Shown one piece after another: positions 8,219 to 17,034 of a DNA stretch of 64,000 bases (its first letter is position 1; the number at the start of each line of letters is the position of its first letter). The notes beneath the pieces were generated by a model. That model was given only the letters and a program-made list of their open reading frames with translations, was not told where the DNA came from and did not search any database. The stretch is from Deltaproteobacteria bacterium HGW-Deltaproteobacteria-19 (GTDB lineage Bacteria; Desulfobacterota; Syntrophia; Syntrophales; PHBD01): positions 18,726-82,725 of the forward strand of contig PHBD01000007.1 of assembly GCA_002841865.1 (NCBI GenBank), written 5' to 3'. The translations under genes and the position numbers were made by a program.

Positions 8219-9355
8219 TCAGAATCCTTCCTGGCGGGCGATAATGTCTTTCATCACCTCGTCCGCCCCGCCGGCGATCGACATGACCCGGGTATCCCGG
8301 AAATGGCGCGAAATCAGCGTCTCGTTCATGAACCCCATCCCGCCGAACATCTGCAGGCAGCCGGATGATACCCTGTTCAGAAGCGGACCCGCCAGGAGTT
8401 TCCCCATGGAGATTTCCTTCGTGACGTCCCTCCCTGCCATTTTCATCCGGACGATGTGATAGGTCAGGTGGCGGAGGCTCTCGATCTCGGCCAGCCATTC
8501 CACCAATCGGTGGCGGAGCACCTGCTTCGTGATCAGGGGCTTCCCGAAAACGATCCGCTCCCGGATGTAGGCGACGGTCATGTCGATGATGTCCCGGCAT
8601 GCCGTGTACGTCATGGGAAGCACCGTGAAGCGCTCGTGCTGGAACTGCATCATCTGGTAGATGAAGCCCTCCCCCTCCTTCCCGATGAGATTCTGAACCG
8701 GGATCCGGAGGTTGTCGAAGAACAGCTCCGCCGTGTCGCTGCTCCGGAGCCCCACCTTGTCCAGGCGCTTGCTGACGCTGAAGCCGGGCAGGTCCGTGGG
8801 GACGACGAACAGGCCGTAGCAGTGATGCCCCGGCCCGTCGCCCGTGCGGGCGAGGAGGGTCAGGAAGTCGGCCTGGCAGCCGTTGGTGATGAACGTCTTG
8901 GAGCCGTTCAGGACGTAGGCGTCGCCGTCACGGACGGCCCGGGTCTTCAGGGCCGCCACGTCGGAGCCCGCGCCGGGTTCCGTGACGGCGATGGCCGCCA
9001 CGAGCTTCCCCGCGATCGCCGGGGCCAGGTACTGCTCTTTCAGGGATTCGGTCCCGAACATGTCGATGGCCGGCGTTGCCATGTTCGTCTGCACCATGAT
9101 CGCCGTCGGAACGCCCCATCCGTGAACGTGGCCGAGTTCCTCGATGAACACGGTCTCGTACCAGTAATCCAGGCCCTGCCCGCCGTAACGCGGGTCGTAG
9201 CGAATCCCCAGGAATCCCAGTTCCCCCATCTTCCCGAACAGGTCGTGGAGGGGCGCGCCCTCCTTTTCCCAGGCGTCCATGTGGGGGTTGATCTCCCGGT
9301 CCACGAATCTCCGGACGGACGCCCGGAACGCCTCATGGGTCTCGTCGAAATACAT
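8219..9355 (-). CDS. Acyl-CoA dehydrogenase
   Basis: 378 aa with GAGSDVAALKT, FQHERF and IAGGADEVMKDIIAR (IVD/LCAD-like arrangement). AAGGAGAGG RBS. Confidence 0.9.
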   Translation of the reverse strand: MYFDETHEAFRASVRRFVDREINPHMDAWEKEGAPLHDLFGKMGELGFLGIRYDPRYGGQGLDYWYETVFIEELGHVHGWGVPTAIMVQTNMATPAIDMFGTESLKEQYLAPAIAGKLVAAIAVTEPGAGSDVAALKTRAVRDGDAYVLNGSKTFITNGCQADFLTLLARTGDGPGHHCYGLFVVPTDLPGFSVSKRLDKVGLRSSDTAELFFDNLRIPVQNLIGKEGEGFIYQMMQFQHERFTVLPMTYTACRDIIDMTVAYIRERIVFGKPLITKQVLRHRLVEWLAEIESLRHLTYHIVRMKMAGRDVTKEISMGKLLAGPLLNRVSSGCLQMFGGMGFMNETLISRHFRDTRVMSIAGGADEVMKDIIARQEGF

Positions 9356-9423
9356 CGTTTCCTCTCCTTCATGTTTATGGATGGATCATGATTCTTCCGT
9401 CTTTGCGCCGGTCCGGCGATTCC

Positions 9424-10620
9424 TTAGGCTCTGGGCAGCCCCAGCCCCCGGGTGGCGATGATGCCGCGCTGGATCTCCGACGTCCCCGCGCCGATGGGTC
9501 CCGATACGGCGTCCAGGTAGCCCGCCATGACGCGGCCCTGCAGGGGGGCATACAGGGACCCCCTGTCCAGCTGCGCGGGAAGGCCCAGGACGTCCACGGC
9601 CACGCCGGCCAGCTTCCGGCTCAGTTCCGTGCTGAAGAGTTTCATGGCCGAGGCCTCCAGTTCCGGCACCCGTCCCTGCTCCATCATCCAGACGTTCTGC
9701 CAGTAGAGGCCGTAAAGGACCTCGATGTCGATCGCAATGGAGGCCAGGGCGTTCCGGGCCAGGGTGTTCTTCACCCGGTCTTTCTTCCGGCCGTACCGCT
9801 CCTTCACGTAACCGACCAGCTCGTCAAGGATGCGCCGGAAGGCGCCGATCCCCACGACAAGCCGTTCGAACTGGAGGGCCACCATGACGTTGTAGAATCC
9901 CTTGTTGAGTCCGCCGACCATGAACCGCTTCGGTACACGGACGTCGTCGAAAAAGACCTCATTGAAAGAATGAAACCCGACGATATTCTCGATGGGCCGG
10001 ATCGTGACGCCCGGCAGGTTGTTGTCCACGAGCAGGAGCGTCGCCCCCCGGTGCCCGCCCGCCGCGGGATCCGTTCGGGCCAGGAGCCATGCGTAGTCGG
10101 AGACGTGGGCGCCGCTGCTCCAGATCTTCTGGCCGTTGACGATGAAGTCGTCACCGTCGGAAACGGCGGTCGTCTTCAGGGAGGCCAGGTCCGAGCCCGC
10201 GTTGGGCTCGCTGTAGCCCAGCCAGAAATTGATCTCGCCCCGGGCGATGGGCGGCAGGAACTCCCGTTTCATCTCCTCCGAGCCGACGAAGATGATCGTG
10301 GGACCGCCGATCACGGTGGCGATGTTGCCGGAGGGCGCCCGGTAGTAGCTGATGACGTCGTCGGCGATGGCCTGCTTCATCATGGATCCCCCGCCGCCGC
10401 AGGCCTCCGGCCAGCCGAGGCTCAGCCACCCTCTCGCACCGAGTTGCCGCAGGAAGGCGCGGCAAAAGGCCTGGTGCTCCTCTTCGAACACAGCGATGGC
10501 TCCGTAGGCCGCCGGCCAGTAAAAAGAGCGCTCGTCCCAGTCCGGCGGAAGCTCCCGCCGGACAAAGGTGTCCACCTCGCTGCGAAACCGGATTTCCTCC
10601 TCGGAAAATGCAAAATTCAT
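9424..10620 (-). CDS. Acyl-CoA dehydrogenase
   Basis: 398 aa with NAGSDLASLKT, LQFERL and IGAGTSEIQRGIIA. Confidence 0.9.
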   Translation of the reverse strand: MNFAFSEEEIRFRSEVDTFVRRELPPDWDERSFYWPAAYGAIAVFEEEHQAFCRAFLRQLGARGWLSLGWPEACGGGGSMMKQAIADDVISYYRAPSGNIATVIGGPTIIFVGSEEMKREFLPPIARGEINFWLGYSEPNAGSDLASLKTTAVSDGDDFIVNGQKIWSSGAHVSDYAWLLARTDPAAGGHRGATLLLVDNNLPGVTIRPIENIVGFHSFNEVFFDDVRVPKRFMVGGLNKGFYNVMVALQFERLVVGIGAFRRILDELVGYVKERYGRKKDRVKNTLARNALASIAIDIEVLYGLYWQNVWMMEQGRVPELEASAMKLFSTELSRKLAGVAVDVLGLPAQLDRGSLYAPLQGRVMAGYLDAVSGPIGAGTSEIQRGIIATRGLGLPRA

Positions 10621-10623
10621 TCG

Positions 10624-11394
10624 TCATCCTTTCCCGCGGGACTGAAGAAACAGCCTCGCCGCCGCCTTCAGTGCCTCCGTCTGCGTCATGACCGCCTGGT
10701 GGGCCGCCTCCCACTCCAGGGTCGACGGCAGCGACATCTCGAAACTCGTGTCCAGGGCTTCCTTGATCAGAGCCATGGCCTCCAGGGATTTTCCCGCCAG
10801 CCGATCCGCAAGGGCGGCCACGGCCGCGTCGAGCTCCGCCTCGGGGACGGACTTGTAAATCAAGCCCATGGCGGCGGCTGTTTTCCCGTCGATGACATCC
10901 CCGAGCAGAGCCAGTTCCCGTGCCTTGACGAGCCCCACGAGGCGGGGGAGAAAGAAGTTTCCCCCCGCGTCGACGACGATACCGATGTTGGAGAAGTTCT
11001 CGCAGAATCGGGCCGTCTCGGCGGCGACAACAAAATCCGCCGCCAGGGCCAGGTTGATGCCGCCGCCGATGGCCACCCCCCGGACCTTGGCGATCACCGG
11101 CTGCGGGATCCGCCGCATGACCAGGATCAGATCCTTCAAATCCCTCATCCCGTCCAGCCAGACCGGGGCGGGGAATTCCGCCTTGAACAGGCCGATGTCC
11201 GCCCCGGAGGAAAAATCGCGTCCCGCTCCTTCCAGGACCACGACCCGGTTGCCAGCCTCTTTCCCCGCCATCCTGAAGGCCTCCGCCAGCTCCGACGCAA
11301 ATTCGCGGGTCCACGCGTTCTTTGCGGAGGGCCTGTTGATCGTGATGGTGCAGATTGCCTCCTGCCTGCTCATTAGAACCGTCTTCTCCGGCAT
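10624..11394 (-). CDS. Enoyl-CoA hydratase/isomerase (crotonase family)
   Basis: The ORF track starts at 11430 (TTG). ATG 11394 is preferred because of GGAGG upstream. Motifs: ITINRPSAKNA, VVLEGAGRDFSSGADI, GVAIGGG. Confidence 0.88.
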   Translation of the reverse strand: MPEKTVLMSRQEAICTITINRPSAKNAWTREFASELAEAFRMAGKEAGNRVVVLEGAGRDFSSGADIGLFKAEFPAPVWLDGMRDLKDLILVMRRIPQPVIAKVRGVAIGGGINLALAADFVVAAETARFCENFSNIGIVVDAGGNFFLPRLVGLVKARELALLGDVIDGKTAAAMGLIYKSVPEAELDAAVAALADRLAGKSLEAMALIKEALDTSFEMSLPSTLEWEAAHQAVMTQTEALKAAARLFLQSRGKG

Positions 11395-11512
11395 CACAGC
11401 CTCCTTTTCCGGTGCCTGATGTTGTGTCAACGGTGCAACCGGGCAACGCTTCCCATGATCCGCATCCCCTTCCGGATCCGGCAGCGAACGACGGAACGGA
11501 CAACCCCCCTTC

Positions 11513-13078
11513 CTATTTTTCTCCCTTGTAGAGGTCGAGGTACTGTTCCCGGATCTTGCGCTTCAGGGCCTTGCCGACGGCCGACCGCGGCAGGTCCGGC
11601 GTGAAAACGACGCGCTTGGGAACCTTGAACCCCACCATTTTCTCCTTGCACAAGGCGATGATTTCCTTTTCCTCCGCCATCTGTCCCGGTTTGAGGATGA
11701 CGAAGGCGGTGATCGCCTCCATCCAGCGATCGTGGGGGAGGCCGATCACGTGCACCTCCTGGACCCGCGGATCAAGGTAGATCGTCTTCTCCACCTCGAG
11801 GGAGGCCACGTTTTCCCCGCCCGTCTTGATCATGTCCTTCTTGCGGTCGAGAAAATACAGGTAGTTCTCCTCGTCGAGGCAGCCCATGTCGCCGCTGTGG
11901 AACCAGCCGTGGGCGAAGACGTTCCGGCTCTCGTCCTCCTGCTTGTAATACCCCTTCATGACCTGGGGGCTGCGGTAGACGATTTCCCCCGCCTCGCCTG
12001 TGGGCAGCAGGTTCCCGAACTCGTCCATGATGGCGATCTCGACGTTGACCGTCGAATTGCCCAGGGATTTCATCTTGCGAAGCTGGTCCTCGGGCTTGAA
12101 GCACGTGGTGGACGGGGACATCTCGGTCTGCCCGAAGCACAGGCAGAGATTGGGGCAGACTTTTTCCATCACCTGCATCAGGAGGTCTTCCGGCATCACC
12201 GCCGTGAAATAGACGCAGAGCCGAAGGGACGAGAGGTCGTGTTTCCCGAAATCGGGATGATCGATCAGCTGGCGCCACAGGGGTGAAATGAGCAGGGTGC
12301 AGGTGATTTTCTCCTTCTCGACGTTGACGAGAACCTGCTTCAGGTCGGGCAGCATGTAGACATGAACCGCCCCCCCGACGAAGTTGACGAGGCTTGTAAT
12401 GATGAACGCACCCACGTGGAACAGCGGCATGACCATGAACAGCTTGTCCTGGTGGGTGAAGGGGATGTCGATGAGGATTCCGTTCGTGCAGACGAACAGG
12501 TTGAGATGGGACAACACGGCCGCCTTGGGATAGCTGGTGGTCCCGCCTGTGAACAGGATCAGGAGGTCGTCGTCCGCCTCGATGAAGGTCTCCGGCTCCG
12601 TGTCCGGGCCCTCCTCCAGAAAGACGTCGAACGTGAGGAAGTCCCCCGGCGGAGGATTGAATGCAATGTACAGTTTGACCTTTTCCGCCTGGGCAAAGGC
12701 GTCTTTGAATCCGCCGTACAGCAGGCCGTTGAAAATCACGACCTCACAGTCCGCGTGGTTCAGGGCAAAGGCAAGCTCGTCTGTCTTGAAGAGGGGATTG
12801 ATGGGGACAAAGACCATGCCGGCTTTCGCCGTTCCGTAGAACGCGACAAAGTGTTCCAGGGCGTTGAGGGAGATAAAGGCTATTTTCGCACCCTTTTGGA
12901 AGCCTCTTCCCTTGAGGGCATTGGCAAACCGGTTGGCCATGCCGTTCAGTTCGGTGAACGATATCCTCCTGCCGCCGTCCACGATGGCTTCCCGTTTCGG
13001 ATACCGGAGCGTCGTCCGTCTCAGGCAGTCCCCGTAAGCCACACGCCGCATCATGTTCCGCGCAATCCGCTCGTCCAT
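11513..13078 (-). CDS. AMP-dependent acyl-CoA synthetase/ligase
   Basis: 521 aa with FTGGTTSYPKA (AMP-binding motif), GEIVYRSPQVMKGYY, GWFHSGDMG, RKKDMIKTGGENV and a C-terminal PRSAVGKALKR. Confidence 0.92.
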   Translation of the reverse strand: MDERIARNMMRRVAYGDCLRRTTLRYPKREAIVDGGRRISFTELNGMANRFANALKGRGFQKGAKIAFISLNALEHFVAFYGTAKAGMVFVPINPLFKTDELAFALNHADCEVVIFNGLLYGGFKDAFAQAEKVKLYIAFNPPPGDFLTFDVFLEEGPDTEPETFIEADDDLLILFTGGTTSYPKAAVLSHLNLFVCTNGILIDIPFTHQDKLFMVMPLFHVGAFIITSLVNFVGGAVHVYMLPDLKQVLVNVEKEKITCTLLISPLWRQLIDHPDFGKHDLSSLRLCVYFTAVMPEDLLMQVMEKVCPNLCLCFGQTEMSPSTTCFKPEDQLRKMKSLGNSTVNVEIAIMDEFGNLLPTGEAGEIVYRSPQVMKGYYKQEDESRNVFAHGWFHSGDMGCLDEENYLYFLDRKKDMIKTGGENVASLEVEKTIYLDPRVQEVHVIGLPHDRWMEAITAFVILKPGQMAEEKEIIALCKEKMVGFKVPKRVVFTPDLPRSAVGKALKRKIREQYLDLYKGEK

Positions 13079-13310
13079 TTGTCCCCTCCATTTTTCAGGT
13101 TGTGGTCAATGCTTCATTACCGGCCTCTCCTTGTTGTCATGGGATGTACCTGCCTCTGGACGATATTCCGAATGTTCGACAGAAACCCCTTCCCGCGGCG
13201 CGGCTTTTAAAAAACGGCCTGACCCGCGCAATCCCGTTACGCCTAAAACCGGCAGCCTGTTCGACGGCCATGGTCCCATGCACGGCGATACCACCGCATC
13301 GCAGGCCCCG

Positions 13311-13766
13311 CTATGCCTTCCTGCGGCCCACCAGGAATCCGGGATGAAAGACCAGGCACGTCTCGTCGCGCTGGTTCTTGATGCTCGCCTCGTACCGGAG
13401 GACTCCCGTCTTCTCGTCCTTTGCCTTGAGCTCCGTCACCACGGCCTCGCAGCGGATCGTATCGCCGATCTTGATCGGACCGGTGAAGCGGATCTTGTCC
13501 ATGCCGTAGAAAGCGATGAAGCTTTTGGGCAGGAGGACATTGGGGCCGAGGCGGAACATCAGCGCCGACCCGACGACGAGGCCCAGCATCCCGTGGGCGA
13601 TCCGCTCCCCGAAAAACGACTTCTTCGCATACTCCACGTCGGTGTGGAGAGGATGCCAGTCGCCGGTGAAGGCGGAGAAAAGGACGATGTCCGTCTCGGT
13701 GATCGTCCGGCCCGGACTGACCAGGCACTCTCCCAGCGTGTAATCCTCAAAACAGTCCTTGTTCAT
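13311..13766 (-). CDS. MaoC-like (R)-specific enoyl-CoA hydratase/dehydratase
   Basis: Internal ATG at 13766 with GGAGG upstream. Hot-dog fold strings FSAFTGDWHPLHTD and FGERIAHGML. The ORF-track extension to 14000 is G/P/R-rich and not protein-like. Confidence 0.85.
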   Translation of the reverse strand: MNKDCFEDYTLGECLVSPGRTITETDIVLFSAFTGDWHPLHTDVEYAKKSFFGERIAHGMLGLVVGSALMFRLGPNVLLPKSFIAFYGMDKIRFTGPIKIGDTIRCEAVVTELKAKDEKTGVLRYEASIKNQRDETCLVFHPGFLVGRRKA

Positions 13767-14216
13767 GCATCTGCCTCCCGTTTCCTGAATTGGTTTTCCT
13801 GCCTGCCCCTCGGTCTTCATCTCCCATCCCGACGCCTCCCGTTCCGGCCCCAGTGGAGGTTCCACAACCGGGAAAGGATCGTCGGGATCGTCCGGCGGGC
13901 GCACAGGGATTCTCCTGCGGATGGACCCCGGCCGCAAGCCGGCCGGGCCGGCACCGGCATCCCCGCACCCCGAAGCCCGGGATCCGGAATCGGCCGTCAT
14001 GAATGATATGAAGGAGACGCTGCCGCGTCGTTATGAGTGTAGGAGGCTATCCGTCCGTCCGGGACCGTGGGAATCGCCCCCGAAGTGATGCGGACATCAC
14101 GCACAGAAAGGAAATCATCCCCTCGGATCGATTCGAAACGTCCTTTTCCAGCCCCGTCGGCCGGCTGTTCGAATCGAATTCCCAGGGGATCGATCAAGGG
14201 AACTCGGGGAAAGAAC

Positions 14217-14232
14217 AGCCAGATTCGTGCCA
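14217..14232 (-). promoter_or_regulatory. Weak sigma54-like -24/-12 element facing the MaoC operon
   Basis: The minus strand reads TGGCACGAATCTGGCT, with correct GG-N10-GC spacing but TGGCT instead of TTGCW. It lies about 450 nt upstream of the 13766 start, so it is only tentative. Confidence 0.25.
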
Positions 14233-14527
14233 CCTTCGGGAGGGCAATGGCCTCCCCTTCCCTCGAGACATTAAATTGCTGCACCAATACGCATACATGA
14301 GAATTTCGGAGCGGGGAGTCCCCTCTTTCCGAACCGGGGTCCCGAAGCCGTCTGATGGATGATTTTCAATCACGGCCATGGCAACACCTATCCCAAACCG
14401 GTCAGCAAACACGTGGAACACGATAATATCACTAATTAATATTGGCTGGCTGAAACCGGACCACGGTTCGGATGAGAATCATCCTGTGGCAGACATCAGG
14501 ATAAATTCGTCATTGACAAAAATTATT

Positions 14528-14543
14528 TGGCATTCACATAGCA
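14528..14543 (+). promoter_or_regulatory. Sigma54-like -24/-12 element upstream of the ThiF-like gene
   Basis: The plus strand reads TGGCATTCACATAGCA (GG-N10-GC spacing, -12 is TAGCA), about 70 nt upstream of ATG 14613, inside an AT-rich intergenic patch. Confidence 0.3.
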
Positions 14544-14612
14544 TTGCAATTCTTGATCATCCATTGCCTGTGTGGCAGGATGCCCTGGCGGCGAACGAAA
14601 AGGAGAGGATTC

Positions 14613-15407
14613 ATGCAAAGTTTTCTTGATCGCACCCTTCCGATATTGGGGAAGGAAGGAATTGAAACGCTTTCCACCCCACGGATCGCCTTTGCGGGCC
14701 TCGGCGGAGTCGGCGGCGGCGCTTTTCTGAATCTCGTTCGCTGCGGGGTGAAACGTTTCCGGCTGGCTGAAAACGGCGTTTTCGATCCTCCCGATATGAA
14801 CCGCCAGGCAGCCGCATTCGCCTCGACCATGGGCAAAACCAAGATTGAAGTTTACGAACAGCTTGCCCGCGAGATCAACCCGGATGTCGAACTGGAGCTG
14901 TTTCCCGAGGGAATCCTGGCGGCCAATATCGAGCGGTTTCTCGACGGCAGCGATGTCTATGTGGGTGTGATCGATTTCGAAAAGGGAGCGGACGTCAAGG
15001 CCATGGCTCCGGAATTTCTCAAGCGGTTCAACATTCCGCTGTTTACCGCAGGTGCCTTTGGATTCGGCGCCCTGCTGGTCGCCCACCATCCCCGGGGAAT
15101 GATGCCTGATGAATTCTGGGGGCTTTTGATGAAAAAGTCCACCGGGAAAGGAATTTTTCCATCTTTCGTTTCCGACCGGTTCGAGCGCACCGCCATGGAA
15201 CGGATCGACCGTGCCGCCAAAACGGGCAAGCTCGCCACGACAAGCATCGGCGGCGCCCTGTCAGGGGCTCTGCTTGCATCGGAAGTGCTGGCCTATCTCC
15301 TTCGCAGGACCGGTCTTGTGAACCGCGATATTGTCTTCGCACCCAGGTTCGCTATGATCGATCTTTTCCGGGCGGCCATGGAAGTTGTGGATGTTACGGC
15401 GGATTGA
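14613..15407 (+). CDS. ThiF/E1-like adenylyltransferase family protein (no zinc or rhodanese modules)
   Basis: ATG 14613 is preceded by AAGGAGAGG. Rossmann loop IAFAGLGGVGGGAF and E1-type DPPDMNRQ are present. 264 aa, with no CxxC pairs. Confidence 0.75.
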   Translation: MQSFLDRTLPILGKEGIETLSTPRIAFAGLGGVGGGAFLNLVRCGVKRFRLAENGVFDPPDMNRQAAAFASTMGKTKIEVYEQLAREINPDVELELFPEGILAANIERFLDGSDVYVGVIDFEKGADVKAMAPEFLKRFNIPLFTAGAFGFGALLVAHHPRGMMPDEFWGLLMKKSTGKGIFPSFVSDRFERTAMERIDRAAKTGKLATTSIGGALSGALLASEVLAYLLRRTGLVNRDIVFAPRFAMIDLFRAAMEVVDVTAD

Positions 15408-15514
15408 AACGACAAACGGACTTGCGGACAATCGGACCGGATACGGATCGCCTGGCCGGATCGGAACCGGAACGACGGCCCGCTGAAAAAGGCAAATCGA
15501 TCAAGGAGAAGCAC

Positions 15515-16978
15515 ATGAGCGAACTGAAATACCCGGCCCTCCAATACCGCTGGCATCTCCGGGATACCGAAGACGGAGCGCGGCTGGTCTATTACGGCCT
15601 TCGTAACCCACCCAACCATACACGAAACATCATCCCCCTGCCGCGTGAACTGGCCGATCGTTTATCACTGCTGAACGGCAAAACCGCCGGCGCCGATTTG
15701 CCGTCCGACCTCAAGCGCCATGAAATCTACGCCCGGCTGGTTGCGGAAGGGATCATCGTGGAGGCGGCGACGGTCCGTCAACCTTCCACCAGAGACCGCC
15801 ATCGGCAGTGCGTGCGCTGCGTCAACAACGACTATCTCCTGCCCGGTCTGGAATTCGATGAAAACGGCCTGTGCGCCTTTTGCCAGTGCTACGAGCGGGC
15901 AAAAGAGTCCGGAGCGGATTCCCTGGCGCAGGAGGGCACAACGGACGAGGATCTCCTTCGGATTGCCTCTCAAAACACCGGCTCCCGCTTCGACGTCATG
16001 GTCTTGTATACCGGAGGAAAGGACTCTACGTTCCTGCTCTGGTATCTCGCCAAAAAACTCGGGCTCCGGGTGCTTGTCGCCTCATGGAACATGCCCTACA
16101 CCAATGAAACGTGCAGGGAGAACGCCCGCCGGGCCATGCGCCTGCTTCCGGACGTGGAATTCGTGGAGCGCACCCTGCCCTGGAACATGGTCCGCCAGGC
16201 CATGCGCAGCCAATTCGAGCATACCGGCCTCCCCTGCCTTTGCCCGATGGCGGCTCATGCGCTCTTTTATCCTCTTGCGACACAGGAAAACATTCCCCTG
16301 ATCATGCACGGGGTTGAAGAAGTGCAGCTGTCGGTCATGAACTATGTGATGAGCGAAATCAAGTCGGGGCAACCCCGGAAAGAACAAACCCCCGATCATC
16401 GTGCCAACACATTGAACTTTTTGCGGACGATCACGACAACCGCGGAGACCCTGCAGCCTTATTCCCTGAATGCCGAAATCCTGCGATTGATGGCTACCGT
16501 CAAAAAGCGCCTGTCCTCCGTTTTCGTTCCCCTGGAAGACATCCTGGCCCGGGCGGAGAACGATCCGGACATGCCCATTCCCACATTGCGCAGGCTGCAG
16601 ACCAACGTCACCTATGGCTCTTGGAGCGACGTTGTCGAGGTTATAAAGAGGGAAATGGACTGGCAGATGCCGCCGGGACAAAAGGGGCTTCTGCACACCA
16701 GTTGCCGGATTGAAAAGGTGAAGGACTACTGCCAGTTCAAACGCTTTCAGGCCGCACGAACCACCCTTTTCCCCCAGTCCGTGGTCGAAGTCAGTGCGGG
16801 CGTTTATTTCGGGCTTGTTTCCCGGGAGGAGGCACTGCAGGAGCTGCAGGAGTTGGGCTATTACCGGGAGCCCGATCCCCTGGCGCCGCTGCTGGACGAT
16901 CTGGGCATCGATCGGAACCGGACGCAGGAAATGGGTGAAATTCCCTGGGTCCTGGGCGAATGCGCCGAATGCCGATGA
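15515..16978 (+). CDS. Zinc-ribbon PP-loop ATP pyrophosphatase of the N-acetyl-sugar amidotransferase (WbuX/PseA-like) type with an extra ~95-aa N-terminal domain
   Basis: ATG 15515 follows AAGGAG. Zinc ribbon CVRC...PGLEFDENGLCAFC (aa 99-123). PP-loop FDVMVLYTGGKDST (aa 159-172). C-terminal HTSCRIEKVKDYCQFKRF...LVSREEAL is typical of this family. The N-terminal 95 aa are not part of the family core. Confidence 0.7.
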   Translation: MSELKYPALQYRWHLRDTEDGARLVYYGLRNPPNHTRNIIPLPRELADRLSLLNGKTAGADLPSDLKRHEIYARLVAEGIIVEAATVRQPSTRDRHRQCVRCVNNDYLLPGLEFDENGLCAFCQCYERAKESGADSLAQEGTTDEDLLRIASQNTGSRFDVMVLYTGGKDSTFLLWYLAKKLGLRVLVASWNMPYTNETCRENARRAMRLLPDVEFVERTLPWNMVRQAMRSQFEHTGLPCLCPMAAHALFYPLATQENIPLIMHGVEEVQLSVMNYVMSEIKSGQPRKEQTPDHRANTLNFLRTITTTAETLQPYSLNAEILRLMATVKKRLSSVFVPLEDILARAENDPDMPIPTLRRLQTNVTYGSWSDVVEVIKREMDWQMPPGQKGLLHTSCRIEKVKDYCQFKRFQAARTTLFPQSVVEVSAGVYFGLVSREEALQELQELGYYREPDPLAPLLDDLGIDRNRTQEMGEIPWVLGECAECR

Positions 16979-17034
16979 CAGTGTAAAATGAATAGCGGGA
17001 TTTCGGTAACCAACCATATGGGGTGTAAGGGACC

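Noticed and set aside
9388-11376. 662-aa plus-strand ORF. Similar long antisense ORFs: 57907..60036 (+), 35613..37412 (-), 38384..39436 (-), 16082..17206 (-), 18692..20113 (+), 55553..57385 (+), 6265..7428 (+)
   Set aside because: All lie opposite confidently identified genes (ACAD/crotonase, argG/argF/argD, rhomboid, pfkB, PP-loop ATPase, kinase, argH). All have Arg/Pro/Gly-dominated translations. They were treated as GC-driven artefacts.
13767-14000. N-terminal 78-codon extension of the MaoC ORF in the ORF track
   Set aside because: The extension (MTADSGSRASGCGDAGAGPAG...) is not protein-like. The ATG at 13766 has a GGAGG SD and gives a normal ~150-aa hot-dog protein.
15515-16978. Assignment of the PP-loop protein as TtuA/Ncs6-type tRNA thiolase working with the window's ThiS-like protein
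   Set aside because: The zinc ribbon (CxRC...PG.xFDxxGxCxxC) and the C-terminal HTSC...KDYC...REEAL strings fit the sugar-amidotransferase family better than TtuA. The ThiS-like gene is 28 kb away in a different cluster. It is kept only as an alternative hypothesis.
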